A stretch of 64,000 nucleotides of DNA from Octopus sinensis (GCF_006345805.1 NC_043004.1:87668001-87732000), one strand, 5' to 3'. Positions 13,657 through 26,210 are shown, numbered from the stretch's first letter. Translations and numbers: made by a program. The notes: generated from the letters alone by a model not told the origin.

Positions 13657-13872
13657 AATAATGATAATAGTAATCCCTTCTGCTATAGACACAAGGTCTG
13701 TGATTTTAGAGGTGGGGGACTAGTTGATTGCATCGACTCCAGTGTTTCACTGGTACTTAATTTATTGACCCCGTAGGATGAAAGGCAAAGGCAACCTCGG
13801 CAGTATTTGGATTCAGAATGTAAACACAGACATTTTTCCCCAGTGTGCTAACGATTCTGCCGCTCCCCGCTT
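13657..13872 (-). mobile_element. SINE family B
   Basis: Family tail, Deu-like block, GAATTT.GA.TCAG B-box region and head. Confidence 0.85.
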
Positions 13873-13881
13873 TGAAGTGAG

Positions 13882-14093
13882 TAATAATAATCATAATCCT
13901 TTCTGCTTATAGGCACAAGGACTGAAATTTGGGGGGAGGGGTTAAGACGATTACATCAACCTCAATACTCAACAGGTACTTAATTTATCAACCCTGAAAG
14001 GACGAAAGGCAAAGTCAACCTTGACAGAATTTGAACTCAGAACATAGTGATGGGCAAAATACCACTAAGCATTTCATTCAGTGCTATAATGAC
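13882..14093 (-). mobile_element. SINE family B, tandem second copy
   Basis: Same blocks directly following the previous copy. Confidence 0.85.
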
Positions 14094-15154
14094 TAGTAGT
14101 GGTAGTAGCAATAACAATAATAATAATAATGCTTTAAGATTTGAATTAGAATATATAATGTAATTATGAAAAGGATGATAAAAAAATGAAGGATGTTATC
14201 CTTTACATTAAACCTGCCACTAAATAATCATGTTCAAATCATCCTGTAGTTATGGTACCCTAGAACAACTAGTAAATATTTTTCAACTGTTACAGCCTGC
14301 TATTTATCAACTGAATTCTTCCTACATCAATTATGCAATCTAAGATTATAGAAATATTGCTTCTTATATTAATTAATCTTTTAAAAAATACTTTAAAATT
14401 AGCAGAAGATATAGAAACGAAACAGATTTCTCATTAACATTGGTGATTTTAGTAGGAAATTGTCATTTGTTGTTTGTGCAAATATATGTCTATGTCTGTA
14501 AATGTATTCATAATGAATAATTATGAATGTATTATTTACATTGATTTAGGAATGTGTTTATATATTTATAATGATTGAGAATATAATTAGCTTTAAGAGT
14601 ATATTTTCTATTTAATTAGGTAGGCAGTTAATTTATGGTTAAATAAACTATCAATGAAATTATGTTCAACACTTCTTACATAACAACTGAAGCTCAAATA
14701 ATACAATATTTATCAATTGTTCAAAATTACAGTAATTAATTACAGAGAGATATAGTTATAAAATGATATTTAAAGAAACAGATAAATTTGTAGGATTAAA
14801 AACACAGACAGACAGAAAATTCAATCTCATAAGATGAATGGAAATATAACCAATAAACCTGCCAATATATTGACCTGCTAAAATTGATTAAATAAATGAC
14901 AATGTTTGTGAAACAAGAATTTCTGAAGCAAGAATCTCAAATATGCAACTTGAATGTTCAATTTCACCAACAATTTCTGAGGAAATAAAGCTTCCAAACA
15001 ATGAGGGTTAGTTGATACTTGAGCAAATAAATCTAATGATATTGAACATTGAAAATTATAAGATAATGAAGTGGTTGTGAATTGTTATAATTAATCAGTA
15101 ATGTGTATACACACACACACATACACCCATCCTACTTGTGTGTGTGTGTAATAC

Positions 15155-15326
15155 AATTTCAAATTTTGGCACAAGGCCAGTAATTTCAAGGGACCCCAAT
15201 GCTCAGCTGGCACTTATTTTATTGACCTCCTTAAGGATGAAAGGCAAAGTCGACATTGGTGGAATTTGATGGATGAAATGACACTAAGCATTTTGCCTGG
15301 TGTGCTAACGATTTTGCCAGCTCACC
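15155..15326 (-). mobile_element. SINE family B variant (internally deleted, different tail)
   Basis: GGATGAAAGGCAAAGTCGAC block and head GCTAACGATTTTGCCAGCTCACC. Confidence 0.75.
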
Positions 15327-15659
15327 ATCTATAGCCAGCTATAATTTGATAACAGTGTAACTCAGCTCCATACAACTCAAAGTTTTATAGGACAAGTGTA
15401 TCATATTAGGTACCCACAAGCCTATGAAATATTAAATCATATGGAGCTGAATCAAACTGTTATTAAATAATATACATAACTCCTACTAAATGTGTTGTGT
15501 TGCTTTCGTTTATCCACTCACTGGTATATAGAAGTATATACACATATACACACACACACACACAAATACACATTTTAAATTACTAAAAATTAAAATGAAT
15601 ATTTCATTGAAGCAATGAAGCCTGGTGAATTTGAACACAACAATTTAAAATAACCATAT

Positions 15660-16258
15660 ATTCACAACTTTTACATATGCATTTCTATGCAGTCATGAGT
15701 TGGATAGACCTATTTCAATTCAGTATTTTGCAACTTGTTGCAGTTGTTTGTGAAGTCTATCACCCTGACACCAAACCTCACCCCACAAACTTCATCCCGT
15801 CTTCTTTAGTCTTCAACTTACATGTTCCTTCTGCTAGAATTGTTAGATACTTTTCAGTTACTATTACTGTTTATATGCATTCCATACCAGAAGTCTCTTC
15901 CCTTGCACACTATAGTTGATAATTTTGATGATCAGTTTTACTTTCAGCAACCTAAGCATTGTCATTCATACATGCTGACATTACACACCTAGAAGAACAT
16001 GATTGCCTTATTTTTTAACATCTTTCACATCCAGTGTCCATATAGTATAACCATGTAGTATTATACAAGCATCATACAATCAAACCTTCACTTAGAGAAA
16101 GAAGCCCTTTGTTACCAATAGAGGTAATAATTTCCTGAATCCTGCTTCCTCTTCAAGAAATGACCCTTACTCTGGCTACTATGCTTTCATCACAGCCACC
16201 TTCACTACTAATGAGATCACTTAGTTAACAGAAACTATCAACTACTAGCAAACCATCT
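15660..16258 (-). pseudogene. Old RTE LINE 3' fragment (RT thumb to C-terminus), decayed
   Basis: Minus-strand fragments LVVDSF..LSDLISSEGGCDESIVARVR and ELLPLLVTKG...LYDAC align to EVVDSFHYLGDQVSSGGGCTESVTTRIR and LLPLLATKGLSLRVKGRLYDAC of the 57-kb RTE. Confidence 0.65.
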
Positions 16259-16280
16259 GAGTAATTAACAAAATTTGTGA

Positions 16281-16784
16281 ATCATCATCATCGTTTAACG
16301 TCTGCTTTCCATGCTGGCATGGGTTGGACGATTTGACTGAGGACTGGCAAACCAGATGGCTGCACCAGACTCCAATCTGATCTGGCAGAGTTTCTACAGC
16401 TGGATGCCCTTCCTAACGCCAACTACTCCAAGAGTGTAGTGGGTGCTTCTACATGCCACCGGCACGAGGGCCAGTCAGGTGGTACTGGCAACGGCCACAC
16501 TCAAATGGTGTTTTTTACGTGCCACCTGCACAGGAGCCAGTCCAGTGGCACTGGCAATGACCTCACTCGAATGTTTTTTTCGCATGCCACCGACACAAGT
16601 GCCAGTAAGGCAACGCTGGTAACGATCACACTCAAATGGTGCTTTTTACATGCCACCAGCACAGAAACCAGTTTGCTGCTCTGGTAATGATCATGCTCGG
16701 ATGGTGCTCTTAGTGCTCCACTAGCATGGATGCCAGTCATTGAATTTGATTTCGATTTCACTTGCCTCAACAGGTCTTCACAAG
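16281..16784 (-). mobile_element. Family D RTE-associated 3' region with four hairpin units
   Basis: (CAT)n tail, Meta-like block, four ATGCCACCGGCAC units with different loops, ending in CTTGCCTCAACAGGTCTTCACAAG shared with the 12.1-kb and 46.9-kb copies. Confidence 0.85.
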
Positions 16785-16980
16785 CAATGAAGGAAAGGTA
16801 CGCATGGAAATATGTATACGCATTTATGAATAAATAAGCACATAACACTTTAAATGTGTTTAAATAGCAATGTGTAAGTATATATAAAAAATAATACTTA
16901 GTTTATTTACTAGCAAACAAATTTGTCATTTTCAATCTAAAAATAAAGTACTAATGTAAAAATGATTGTTAATCATTGAA

Positions 16981-17207
16981 TTAAGCCTTTAGCATGTAAA
17001 CCTGCTATATCCAGCAAAAAAATTAAACTTATTTATGTTAAAACTGGCTAGAGCTGATCTCTCATATCTACCCTACAATGTCATTCTAAACATATACAAT
17101 CACGTCATCAAAATCTCAAAGCCACAAGATAATGCATGATTAACTGAAATCAATGTGTATAAATGAGCATTACATTTGACAGAGTAAACTGAATTCTAAA
17201 AGATTAA
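16981..17207 (-). mobile_element. TTAA MITE family 1
   Basis: TTAA at both ends, degenerate CC(C)TTTAGCAT TIR, about 225 bp. Confidence 0.8.
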
Positions 17208-17298
17208 AGAAGTCAAAATCAGAAAAATTCAAGTTTTCATTTAATTACATTCTCTTCTATTTTTAAAACTCAAAACCTGTTCCTTTAGAATTGTCAGT

Positions 17299-17367
17299 AT
17301 TGGACATCTGGCTACACTTTAGCCAATCAGTTTAGATTGGGCTAATCAACTTCGATGGTGCTATAAA
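17299..17367 (+). promoter_or_regulatory. Possible CCAAT/TATA promoter-like cluster
   Basis: ATTGG at 17299, CCAAT at 17323, ATTGG at 17336, TATAAA at 17362. Motif-level evidence only. Confidence 0.2.
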
Positions 17368-19044
17368 TCAAAAATTAGACAGCAAGAAGTCAACAAACTA
17401 CAAATTACAAGATTTCAGTAAATGACAATCATCATTACTGATTCTGTTTTTCCTGTTTTGTATAACATTTTACAACTAACTTTTTGCTACAATTATAAAT
17501 CAGTCTAATACACTATTAATTAATTAATTAAAATGAATTGAAATTATACCAATAAAAACTTAATTACAAAATCTTAAAACAAAACATGATTAAAAATATA
17601 TAAAACCACAAAAATTTGGCAAAGCATTTATTTATTTCATTTCTAATGGTGTCAAATCTTTTCAAAAGTATATCAGTTGAATTGTGCTTCGATTTTAACA
17701 AGTTATGCCTCTTAAATGCTAGAAAGCACTGAATGCAGAAAATGGAATAATTCCAAATATGTAAAGAAAAATCTATAATAGATTATTTGAACTTCCCAAA
17801 AAGCTTGCATTTAGTGATAGCTGTGATACAAGATCTCAAAATGGCAACATTTAACAGGTAATCTGCCTATAGACTATTCCTATTGAGAAAAGTTTAACCG
17901 TTGAAATAACAAGTGACTAAACTTTCTTTTCCTATGTAGCATAAAATTGTAAACGAGCCTTCAGTTGCCTTTGGCTTGTGTCCTTGTCTATAACTCTGTA
18001 TAACTAGAAATAATTTCTAACAGCTATACTATAAGAGAAAAAAGAAAAAAAATTTTACAGCCATAGTTCAGTGGATGCTGTTAATAAAGATACAAATGAG
18101 ACTACTTTCACTATTTCTTCTCCCATAATATTTTGAGACTTCATGTCAATATAATAAATCATAATGAATGAATGTTAATGAACAACTTATTGTGATCACT
18201 TGTATAAAGTATGACACCAGATTAATTAATATATACTGAAATGCGTTTGCCCAAAAGTGCACCTAAATGTATGTCAGTGACCTAGCTTATAACATCAACA
18301 CTACATAATATAAGATTATATTTCTTTTAATACAGTGTCAATTTTGGAAATTCCAACAATATGATTATATTTGTTTCTATACCTTTTTCTTTTTTTCTTT
18401 TATTTTTGCTTTTTGTTTTATTTAAAACAGTACAAGTGAGTGGCTTAAATAACAAAATGAAAAAAAGTAACAAAAAAATAACCAAATAAAAGGATTAAGC
18501 AATAGGTGATTTGATCTGAAAATAGGAAAATGGATTAGAGCTAAGTGTATTTAGTTAAGTTCAATAGCATACCGTGTGTTTTACAAACAAGCAAGATAAG
18601 TTATACATTGAACAGTGGATAGCCTTATTAAGTATAGAAATGATGATAATAGTGAGAGGAGTATGTAAAGTAAAAATGCAATAATTCAGAGCTGTTAGAA
18701 AAAAAAAAGTTATAGCCAGCATATGCTGACTGAGAAGCATTGCAACCTTACTATCATCATCATCATCATCATCATCATAGTGTGTAGCTAGTTTACTCAG
18801 TGCAATGTACAGTTTAAGCTATATTTGACATTTCTGAAAATAACCATACTGAACTGAACAAATTGGTGGCATTCATTCTTTTCTCAAGGACATGAATAAC
18901 ACAAATAAAATTAAACAAATTCAGTTGAGAATCAAAAATGGGTCATGGATTCAGGTGATTAAGAGCGTATTTCTTACAGCATTCCATGCACAGCTTTGAT
19001 GGATGTTAAATACTACGTTTTCCGATCAATTCAATATACATGTG

Positions 19045-19220
19045 CATGGGTATGGCTGTGTGGTTAAGAAGATTGTTTCTCAATCATGCAGTTTCTGTTT
19101 CAATACCACTGCACAGAAGTTTGGTCAAATAAACTCTTATGTAACCTTGGGCTGACCAATACTTTTTAAATGGACTTGGTAGAGAAATTCTGCAGAAGCT
19201 TGTCATATACAAGATGGATA
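19045..19220 (+). mobile_element. Degenerate SINE (family A/C) 5' half
   Basis: GGTATGGCTGTGTGGTTAAGAAG head followed by a decayed core block. Confidence 0.6.
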
Positions 19221-19839
19221 CTATACAGAGACAAACAAAAATGCAGATGTCTATCAGCACTGCATATTGCAAAGAATGGAAGCATTGGCCAGATAAAACA
19301 TTATCCAGTTGTCTTTCAAAGTCTCTGATGATATTTGTTCTGGCTTGAGTTACAGACACTCCCTTATCATTCACACCATCAGAAAAGTAATGAACTTGTG
19401 ATTGGCACATTGGGAACCTGTAATGAATGCTGCTATCATTTACTAATTATAATATAAAAATAAAATATAATATAAAAATAAAAACCTGTATTTTATTTTT
19501 ATATCATAATTAGTAAATGATAGCAGCATTCATTACAGGTTCCCAATGTGCCAATCACAAGTTCATTACTTTTCTGACGGTGTGAATAATAAGGGAGTGT
19601 CTGTAACTCAAGCCAGAACAAATATCACCAGAGACTTTGAAAGACAACTGGATAATGTTTTATCTGGCCAATGCTTCCATTCTTTGCAATATGCAGTGCT
19701 GATAGACATCTGCATTTTTGTTTGTCTCTGTATAGTATTCATCTTGTATATGACAAGCTTCTGCAGAATTTCTCTACCAAGTTCATTTAAAAAGTATTGG
19801 TCAGCCCAAGGTTACATAAGAGTTTATTTGACCAAACTT
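19117..19839. repeat. Long near-perfect palindrome: 351-bp arms (19117-19467, 19489-19839), 21-bp spacer
   Basis: Arms compared by eye differ at 6 positions, all transitions; the ORF track shows the mirror ORFs 19084-19410(-) and 19546-19977(+). Confidence 0.97.
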
Positions 19840-20540
19840 ATGTTAAATTATGTTATAACTTTATATTTTAGGATATTTGCCATTTATTTGTTACTTTATA
19901 GATCTTCAGTATTTCGTTTCATAAAATATAATTGCAACATAATATCTAGATTCAAAACTATAACAAACATTAAATAAATTATATTTTTATAATAAACTTT
20001 TTAATGTTTCATGTGCCTGAAAAGCTGTTAATTAAGTAGCAATTTAATTAATATGACTAGAATCAAGAATTAATCACAAAATCTTATTTTCACATATCTC
20101 ACAAGATTTACATAGTCACTTTATATTTTCAATTTTTCTTTATTGTGTATCCATTTATTTTTTTCCCAGAGGGAGTAATTTAAAAAAAACTTTTTAAAAG
20201 TGCTGAGCTTTAACGCATATCAGAATTAAAAAAGTAAAAAAAAACGTCTCTTTTATCAGTTATGATAAAATAAAAAAAACTTTCTAATTTCAATCCAAAA
20301 ATACAAAACATTTTATACTTGAAATTTAGAGTAATTAGGGTGTAAGTGAGAGAAAGAGAGGAACTTCTGGGGGTGAAATCTACAAGGCACTCTAACCAGA
20401 ATTAAATCTGTTATGAAGTTTCTTAGAATGTCACTCAAAAATCTGTTTATAATGAACTGTTTCTTAAATGTGTCTATTCTTCAGTTTCAGTAAATATTTA
20501 TACATATACACACTCTATAAAGTGACTAATGTTAAGAAGA

Positions 20541-20670
20541 TAGAAATCAAGCCAAAGCAGACATTCGAGTTTAGTGCAGTCCTTGCTTTACCATCCTGTT
20601 GAATCATCTAACCCATGCCAGCATGGAAAATGAATGTTAAATGGTGGCAGTAGTAGTAATGATGATTATA
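20541..20670 (+). mobile_element. Old family D/Meta-type 3' tail fragment
   Basis: AACCCATGCCAGCATGGAAAATGAATGTTAAATG tail. Confidence 0.6.
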
Positions 20671-21091
20671 TATCAACAGATATATGTAGATGGATTGATA
20701 ATTGGCCCTTAGAAGCCTTCTAAATACATACCATTAGGATCAGTGCTGTATTAATGTATTCTGATATGTTATTTTATGTTGTAAATATAAATCTGTAATC
20801 TTTCCCAACACATTATGATTTAAAGTAATGAGAAAAAAATCTAGTCACTTAATATGAAAAACCCTGCGAAAGTATATGACCACAAGCTTATTTTGATTGT
20901 AATACTATTGGCTGAGTGAAATTTTTTAAGTGAAATACACCACAGATTTTGGTTGTCCTTTTTAATATGAAAACACTGTAATACCTACAAATACATTAAG
21001 TAATGAAAACCAACAGAATCATTTTAAGATGAAATCCATTCTGTCATTTCTTCTAAAATGAATCTAATGTAAATTGCATGCTAGGCATAAC

Positions 21092-21138
21092 CTTTCAAAC
21101 AATCTCTCGGGAATTCTGGATAACCAGCAAAATGTAAA
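21092..21138 (-). CDS. Candidate 47-nt exon on minus strand (LHFAGYPEFPRDCLK or FTFCWLSRIPERLFE)
   Basis: Acceptor tttttttttaatgcag, two open frames, donor AAAG|GTTATG; no recognisable family. Confidence 0.18.
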
Positions 21139-21429
21139 CTGCATTAAAAAAAAACATTGTTTTCTCTGTGCAGTCAAAGTACTTTAAACATATACAAATG
21201 CTTTATAAGAAACCTAAAAGTCTAACAATGGGATGCTGCACATATATTTGAAATAGTGCATGCACCATGTTAAATCAATAAAAAAAGACTATGAACTAGC
21301 AAAAGAAGCCTCTAAATAGTCAATAACTTGCTAAAAATAGTAGCCAAATTCCCTTAATAATACACTCTTAAAAATGGAAAGACACATAATATAGTCTAGG
21401 TAAATCTGGAAAAAGAAAAAAAATTGGAA

Positions 21430-21505
21430 TGGCCACAGCTGAAATGCTTTTGATCACAGATCCATTTAATCACAACTGATTTAGAGCTACACAACACAAG
21501 AAACT
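21430..21505 (+). mobile_element. Short SINE tail family E (also 49515-49590 on plus, 43160-43225 on minus)
   Basis: Shared GAAATGCTTTTGATC...GCTGACCTGGGGCTAAACAACAAC-type tail among three copies. Confidence 0.45.
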
Positions 21506-22324
21506 ACTAGAAATAGCCATCCTAACATTCTCTTATAATAGGTCAACATATCCTCCTCTCTTTGCTGCACTTATGATAACAGTTATGCTAAAGTGAACTA
21601 CTCCTACCATAGTTTAAACTCATGTTGGTCAAGTTTGTCATTTCCAAAACTACAGATTTTAATACGTCTTTCTTGTCTGTTCTAATTATCAAATGAAAAC
21701 CAAGTTAACTACACTGTCTTCACTTGGCCACACTGGATTCATTCTGAGTCTAAAATAATAATAACTGTTCTTCTTTAGGTTAACAAATAAAAATTTAATG
21801 ATCAAGTTATTAATGTCAAAACAAAATATTTTCATATCAAAATTTGAAAAATATTTTTGTATTCATATAAAATAGATTTTAAAATGTTTTATAGTTAGCA
21901 AAACTTAATGTTTATATTTTATACTAAAATATTAAGTAACAACTGTAATCTTCTTTTCCAGAAATAATTAAAGTTATAGTTCTTGTAATAAATTTATGGT
22001 TACTCATGTTAATGCATAAAAATTTTCAACTTTGATTTGTTTTAATGTAAACAGTAATTATGGTAAAAAGTTTGCAATATGTGAAGATTATTTTTAATGA
22101 GAGTTATTTCTTCATATTTTCCATGAATGATAAAATGTATTAAATGATAAAGAAGCCTTAGCTTGGTTCAGACAGTGGTTTGTAAACACCTAAATGTGTA
22201 CTATTCAAATGTGAGTAGTCATGTAGCTCTAATATATCAAGAACCTGCTCTGCAACCCCACTTATCTCCTACTTTAACCTCTCATCTCCTATCATAAAGC
22301 TGATTCCATCCCTCCTCAGGGTTT

Positions 22325-22543
22325 ATAGTCTTGCGAGCTGCATTGTGACCACACCAGTGCTGGTGACATGGAAAAAGCAACCAGCACATGCAATAAAGTG
22401 ATTGGCATTAGAAAAAGCATCTGGCAAAAAAACCATACCAAAGCAAACACTGACACACACTGCAGTCTTTGGAACCATCAGATCCTGTCGGACTATCCAA
22501 CCCATGCCAACATGGAACATGGATGCTAAATGATGATGATGAT
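22325..22543 (+). mobile_element. Old family D/Meta-type 3' fragment
   Basis: CCAGTGCTGGTGACATGGAAAAAGCA unit, TTGGCATTAGAAAAAGCATC block, (GAT)n tail. Confidence 0.7.
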
Positions 22544-22688
22544 AACACTAAACAAACCAAGTTTTAGTAAATTTTTCCAAACAGTGTGCCAATGTCAAGA
22601 TGTGAACCTGTACGCTTAATTTTTCATACTATGCTATAATCTTTTCATATTTTTCTTTCAATCATATAGCTATTCATTATATCAGAGA

Positions 22689-23002
22689 CTAACCCCTTGT
22701 TACCATATTTCTGTTGGAATCATGGATTCAATTAATTTTGAAAATAATGAATTTAGGAAAATAATTTTATCATTGTTAACATAAATTAACATTAAACTAG
22801 CTATATCTGGCTCAAACATTCTACTTGTTTATGTTTAAAATTATTAGTTCTTGCCTCTTACACCTATCCTAGTGTCATTCTAAAAATAAATGATTACATC
22901 ATCAAAATCTGCAAAACTATGAGACAATGGATGATTAATTAAAAACAGTGTTAGTAAATATGCTTTACATTTGATAGAGTAGTTTGAATGCTAAAGGGTT
23001 AA
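22689..23002. mobile_element. Chimeric TTAA MITE: family 2 left part (22689-22790) joined to family 1 (22790-23002)
   Basis: Left part aligns to 50276-50400; right part aligns to 16995-17207 and ends AATGCTAAAGGG|TTAA. Confidence 0.65.
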
Positions 23003-24469
23003 GACAGTAAGTCTCAATTAGGTTGGTATAAAGAGTGTTAAATATGAAAACAATGAGAGCAACAACATGGATTGTAAAAATATAGTTTTTCAGCTAGAGT
23101 GAAACTACTTTTTTAGACCACTTCAATAAGTAAAGCCTTTAAACAAGATTCATACAAACTTATATAAATTTATGAACTTTACATAATTTTGTATCTGCAG
23201 AAAATCAGTTAATTTATGACTTATGAACTTCCATATGTATCACAATATGTAACCATAAAATAAATATAAAATTTAGATGAAATAGCCCTTGCCATATCAA
23301 TCAATACATAGTCAAAACAATGGGAAGATGAAAATGAGCAGAAAATGTTATCAGTTATAAAATTAAATAAAAATAAATTTTGAATAATAATTTCTTATTT
23401 TTGTTATCAGAATGTTATATTAAATATAAATAGAAAATATTTTTGGCTCACAGAATTTCATATATCTTCTTGGTAAACAAATATTAAGAATTGAAAATAA
23501 CTTCTTACCTAAAAATAAAAGTAAAAAGAAATAAATAAAAAATATTATTGATGATTAATTAGTTAAATATAAAACATATAAAGATCATATCGATATCTTC
23601 AAAATGTGTGCAAAAGAGAAAACAGTTAAATGAGAAAAATTACATTGTTGATGTAAAAGATAACCTAAACAGGACATGAGAGAAATGATAAATTGTGCAT
23701 TAGGAACATAAAGAGACAGATCAAGACCAATAACAACAAACAAATAAAAAAACAGCAACATTTTGGTTAAAAAGAAAATCGATATTTAAATACTAAGTGG
23801 TGGTCATTGTAGAATAGAGAGAGGTTCCCATAGCTATTTCACATTACAAATAATACAATTGAGAAAAGCACAAGCAACATCATGAGGCCTTGTACAAAAG
23901 TTAAAAACCAATATTTTAATATGAAATACACATTTTAATAAACCTACTGGGCATGCTTTTTATTGATAATTTTTTTTTTTCATTTGGTGGTTCTGGCGGA
24001 AAGAACAGTGCTCATAGGCTTTGCAACCCCTCTCCCTAGTCCAGTGTGATTAATACCACTAATGTCCCCTAAAAACACTGCAAGTCAACACCTGCAGGAA
24101 AGATATAAGTTGGGAGAAAATTCCTGAGGGCAGACATTCTGTTAGTGTAGGGCCTTGTGAGGCTGGATACAAAGGTGATGAGAGGAGGAGAGAAAAGTGG
24201 GATGGGTATGTCCTAGTAGAGGTGGCATGAGTCTAGCCAGCTCCAAGGAGCAGAGGCCATGATTATATGGTAGGAAAGGCAGATACAGAGGATATAGTGA
24301 GTTATGTCTGTGAGTTATTCTATGCCAATCAGTCAGATGGACCTTTCTGGATGTTGTCTAGGATGTTTACATGTGCAGTAGCAGCACTAACTCAGAGCAA
24401 TATTCTATGGTAGGTTTCAGTTGAACTTTGAATGAATCTACCAAACAACATGATACTGCATTATCTTGG

Positions 24470-24950
24470 TCTCTTATTATCTGTTCCATAAGGCACACTC
24501 TCTAGACATCTGGTCTTGCTACTATTTCCTCTTATCTTCCTAGGTTTTTATCTTCCATCAGTACCTTCTATTAACAGTACATAGCAGTCCTTTATCCAAT
24601 ACAGATAGCCCATTTATATGGGGAAACTGGTGAGTTTTGGCAAACTGACACCTGGACACAGAGACAGCATTTGGCTGATTGATCAGCAATTCAAGCAAGT
24701 ATCCCTTGCACACTTAAGCTGATATGTAATGCCCAGCTTCACTCTTCACTCACTAGTGCTCATCATTTCATGGAGGTGACATTAAACATCCAATAGGTTT
24801 GTCTCACTTCAATCAAGCTTGCACAAATTCTCCACATTCTGACAATATTCTATAACCATGAATCTCTCCTGTTCACTGTATCATGCTGTGTCTGGGAAGT
24901 CATTCAGCCTATATGACTTCTCATCTCTCTGACACTCACCTATGTAACAA
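24470..24950 (-). pseudogene. Degraded RTE-like LINE C-terminal remnant
   Basis: Minus-strand fragment LLIEGTDGR*KPRK resembles the RTE V.G.R.RGRP motif; heavily mutated. Confidence 0.35.
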
Positions 24951-25349
24951 GGAAGGGCACTTAATTTACCTGTATTCAACCCCACTACCATCATCCAGTA
25001 CTCAAAACATCCTTTCCAAACTAACAGCCAATATTCCCTCTCTCACCCTATACTACTCCCCCACCCTGTTCTGATTCTACCATCATGTTCTTTTATTTCT
25101 TTCACTCAATCATCCTGGTTTTCTGTCTGAAAGTATTTGTCATGCTAATAAATCTGAGATACATCAAGGAAAATAAAGTGTAATATACAAAACCTACTAC
25201 AGATTAATATAATAACTAAAAGTGGAAGAACATTAATCTGAGGGCAAGGAAGTGTTTAACAAATGTCAATAGTTGTAGGTTTTTGCTAATATCATACTTG
25301 CTTTATACTTTAGTTGTAAAATGTCCTGTTAACAATATACCATTTATCT

Positions 25350-26140
25350 TTTATCTTTTACTAACTTCAGTCATTAGACTGCAGCCATGCTGGGGCACCA
25401 CTTTGAAGAATTTTAGTGAAACAAATCAACCCCCAGCACTTATTTTTAAGGCTAGTACTTATTCTATTAGTCTCTTTTTGTTGAACTGCTAAGTTGCAGG
25501 GATGTATGTCCCTCCTAATACCAACCACTTTACACAGTGTACTAGGGGTTTTTAACATGTAACTGGCACATGTGATGGGCTTTTATCAGTTTCTTTCTAC
25601 CATCTTGCACAGAACATTGACCTCCTGGAATCTGTCCAGAGACGTGCAACCAAACGCATACCCTCCATCAGACACCTACCATATTCTGAGCGCCTTGTTT
25701 CCCTGGGCATGGATTCACTGAAGCTCCGGCGTTTGGCGACGGACTTGGTAAACACCCACAAAGTTATCAACCACCTCACCAACACAACACTGAACACCTT
25801 TTTGATCTCCATGTGTCTAACACACGTGGACATGCCTACAAAGTCAGAAAACAATACAGCTCCCATGACTTTCGGAAACATTTTTTCACGCTCAGAGTTG
25901 CTGAAGCATGGAATAAACTGCCTGCGTCAGTTGTTGACTGCCATGACACTGCATCTTTTAAGGCCCTCATGCTTTCCGAAATCCGCCGAAACTTCACCTG
26001 ATTATATATACACTTTAGATGAGTTGTAGTGCACCTGAGCACTGTACACAATTATTATTATTATTATTATATCCACAAACAAAGCTTTGGTCAACTTGAG
26101 ACTATAGTAGAAACAAGCTTCTTTCCACACAGTCACACCT
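25350..26140 (-). mobile_element. SINE family A split by a CR1 insertion
   Basis: 3' part 25350-25601 ends at CTACC and resumes at 26071 with ATCCAC..AAAGCTTTGGTC, continuous in the family consensus. Confidence 0.75.
25602..26070 (+). mobile_element. CR1-clade LINE, 5'-truncated 3' end with (ATT)n tail
   Basis: NIDLLESVQRRATKRIPSIRHLPYSERL..LKLRRL..DL, one frameshift, then TRGHAYKVRK...FFTLRVAEAWNKLPASVV; stop at 25999-26001, short 3'UTR, (ATT)n. Confidence 0.92.
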
Positions 26141-26210
26141 GCACCTTTCAAAATTAACACACACACACACACACTGGCTATGTTAACATGGAAAATAGCA
26201 ATTATAATTA

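Noticed and set aside
19084-19977. Duplicated protein-coding gene pair (108 aa and 143 aa ORFs)
   Set aside because: Mirror ORFs created by the palindrome; they run antisense into a decayed SINE, and 4 of the 5 nucleotide differences in the shared ORF change amino acids, so there is no sign of coding constraint.
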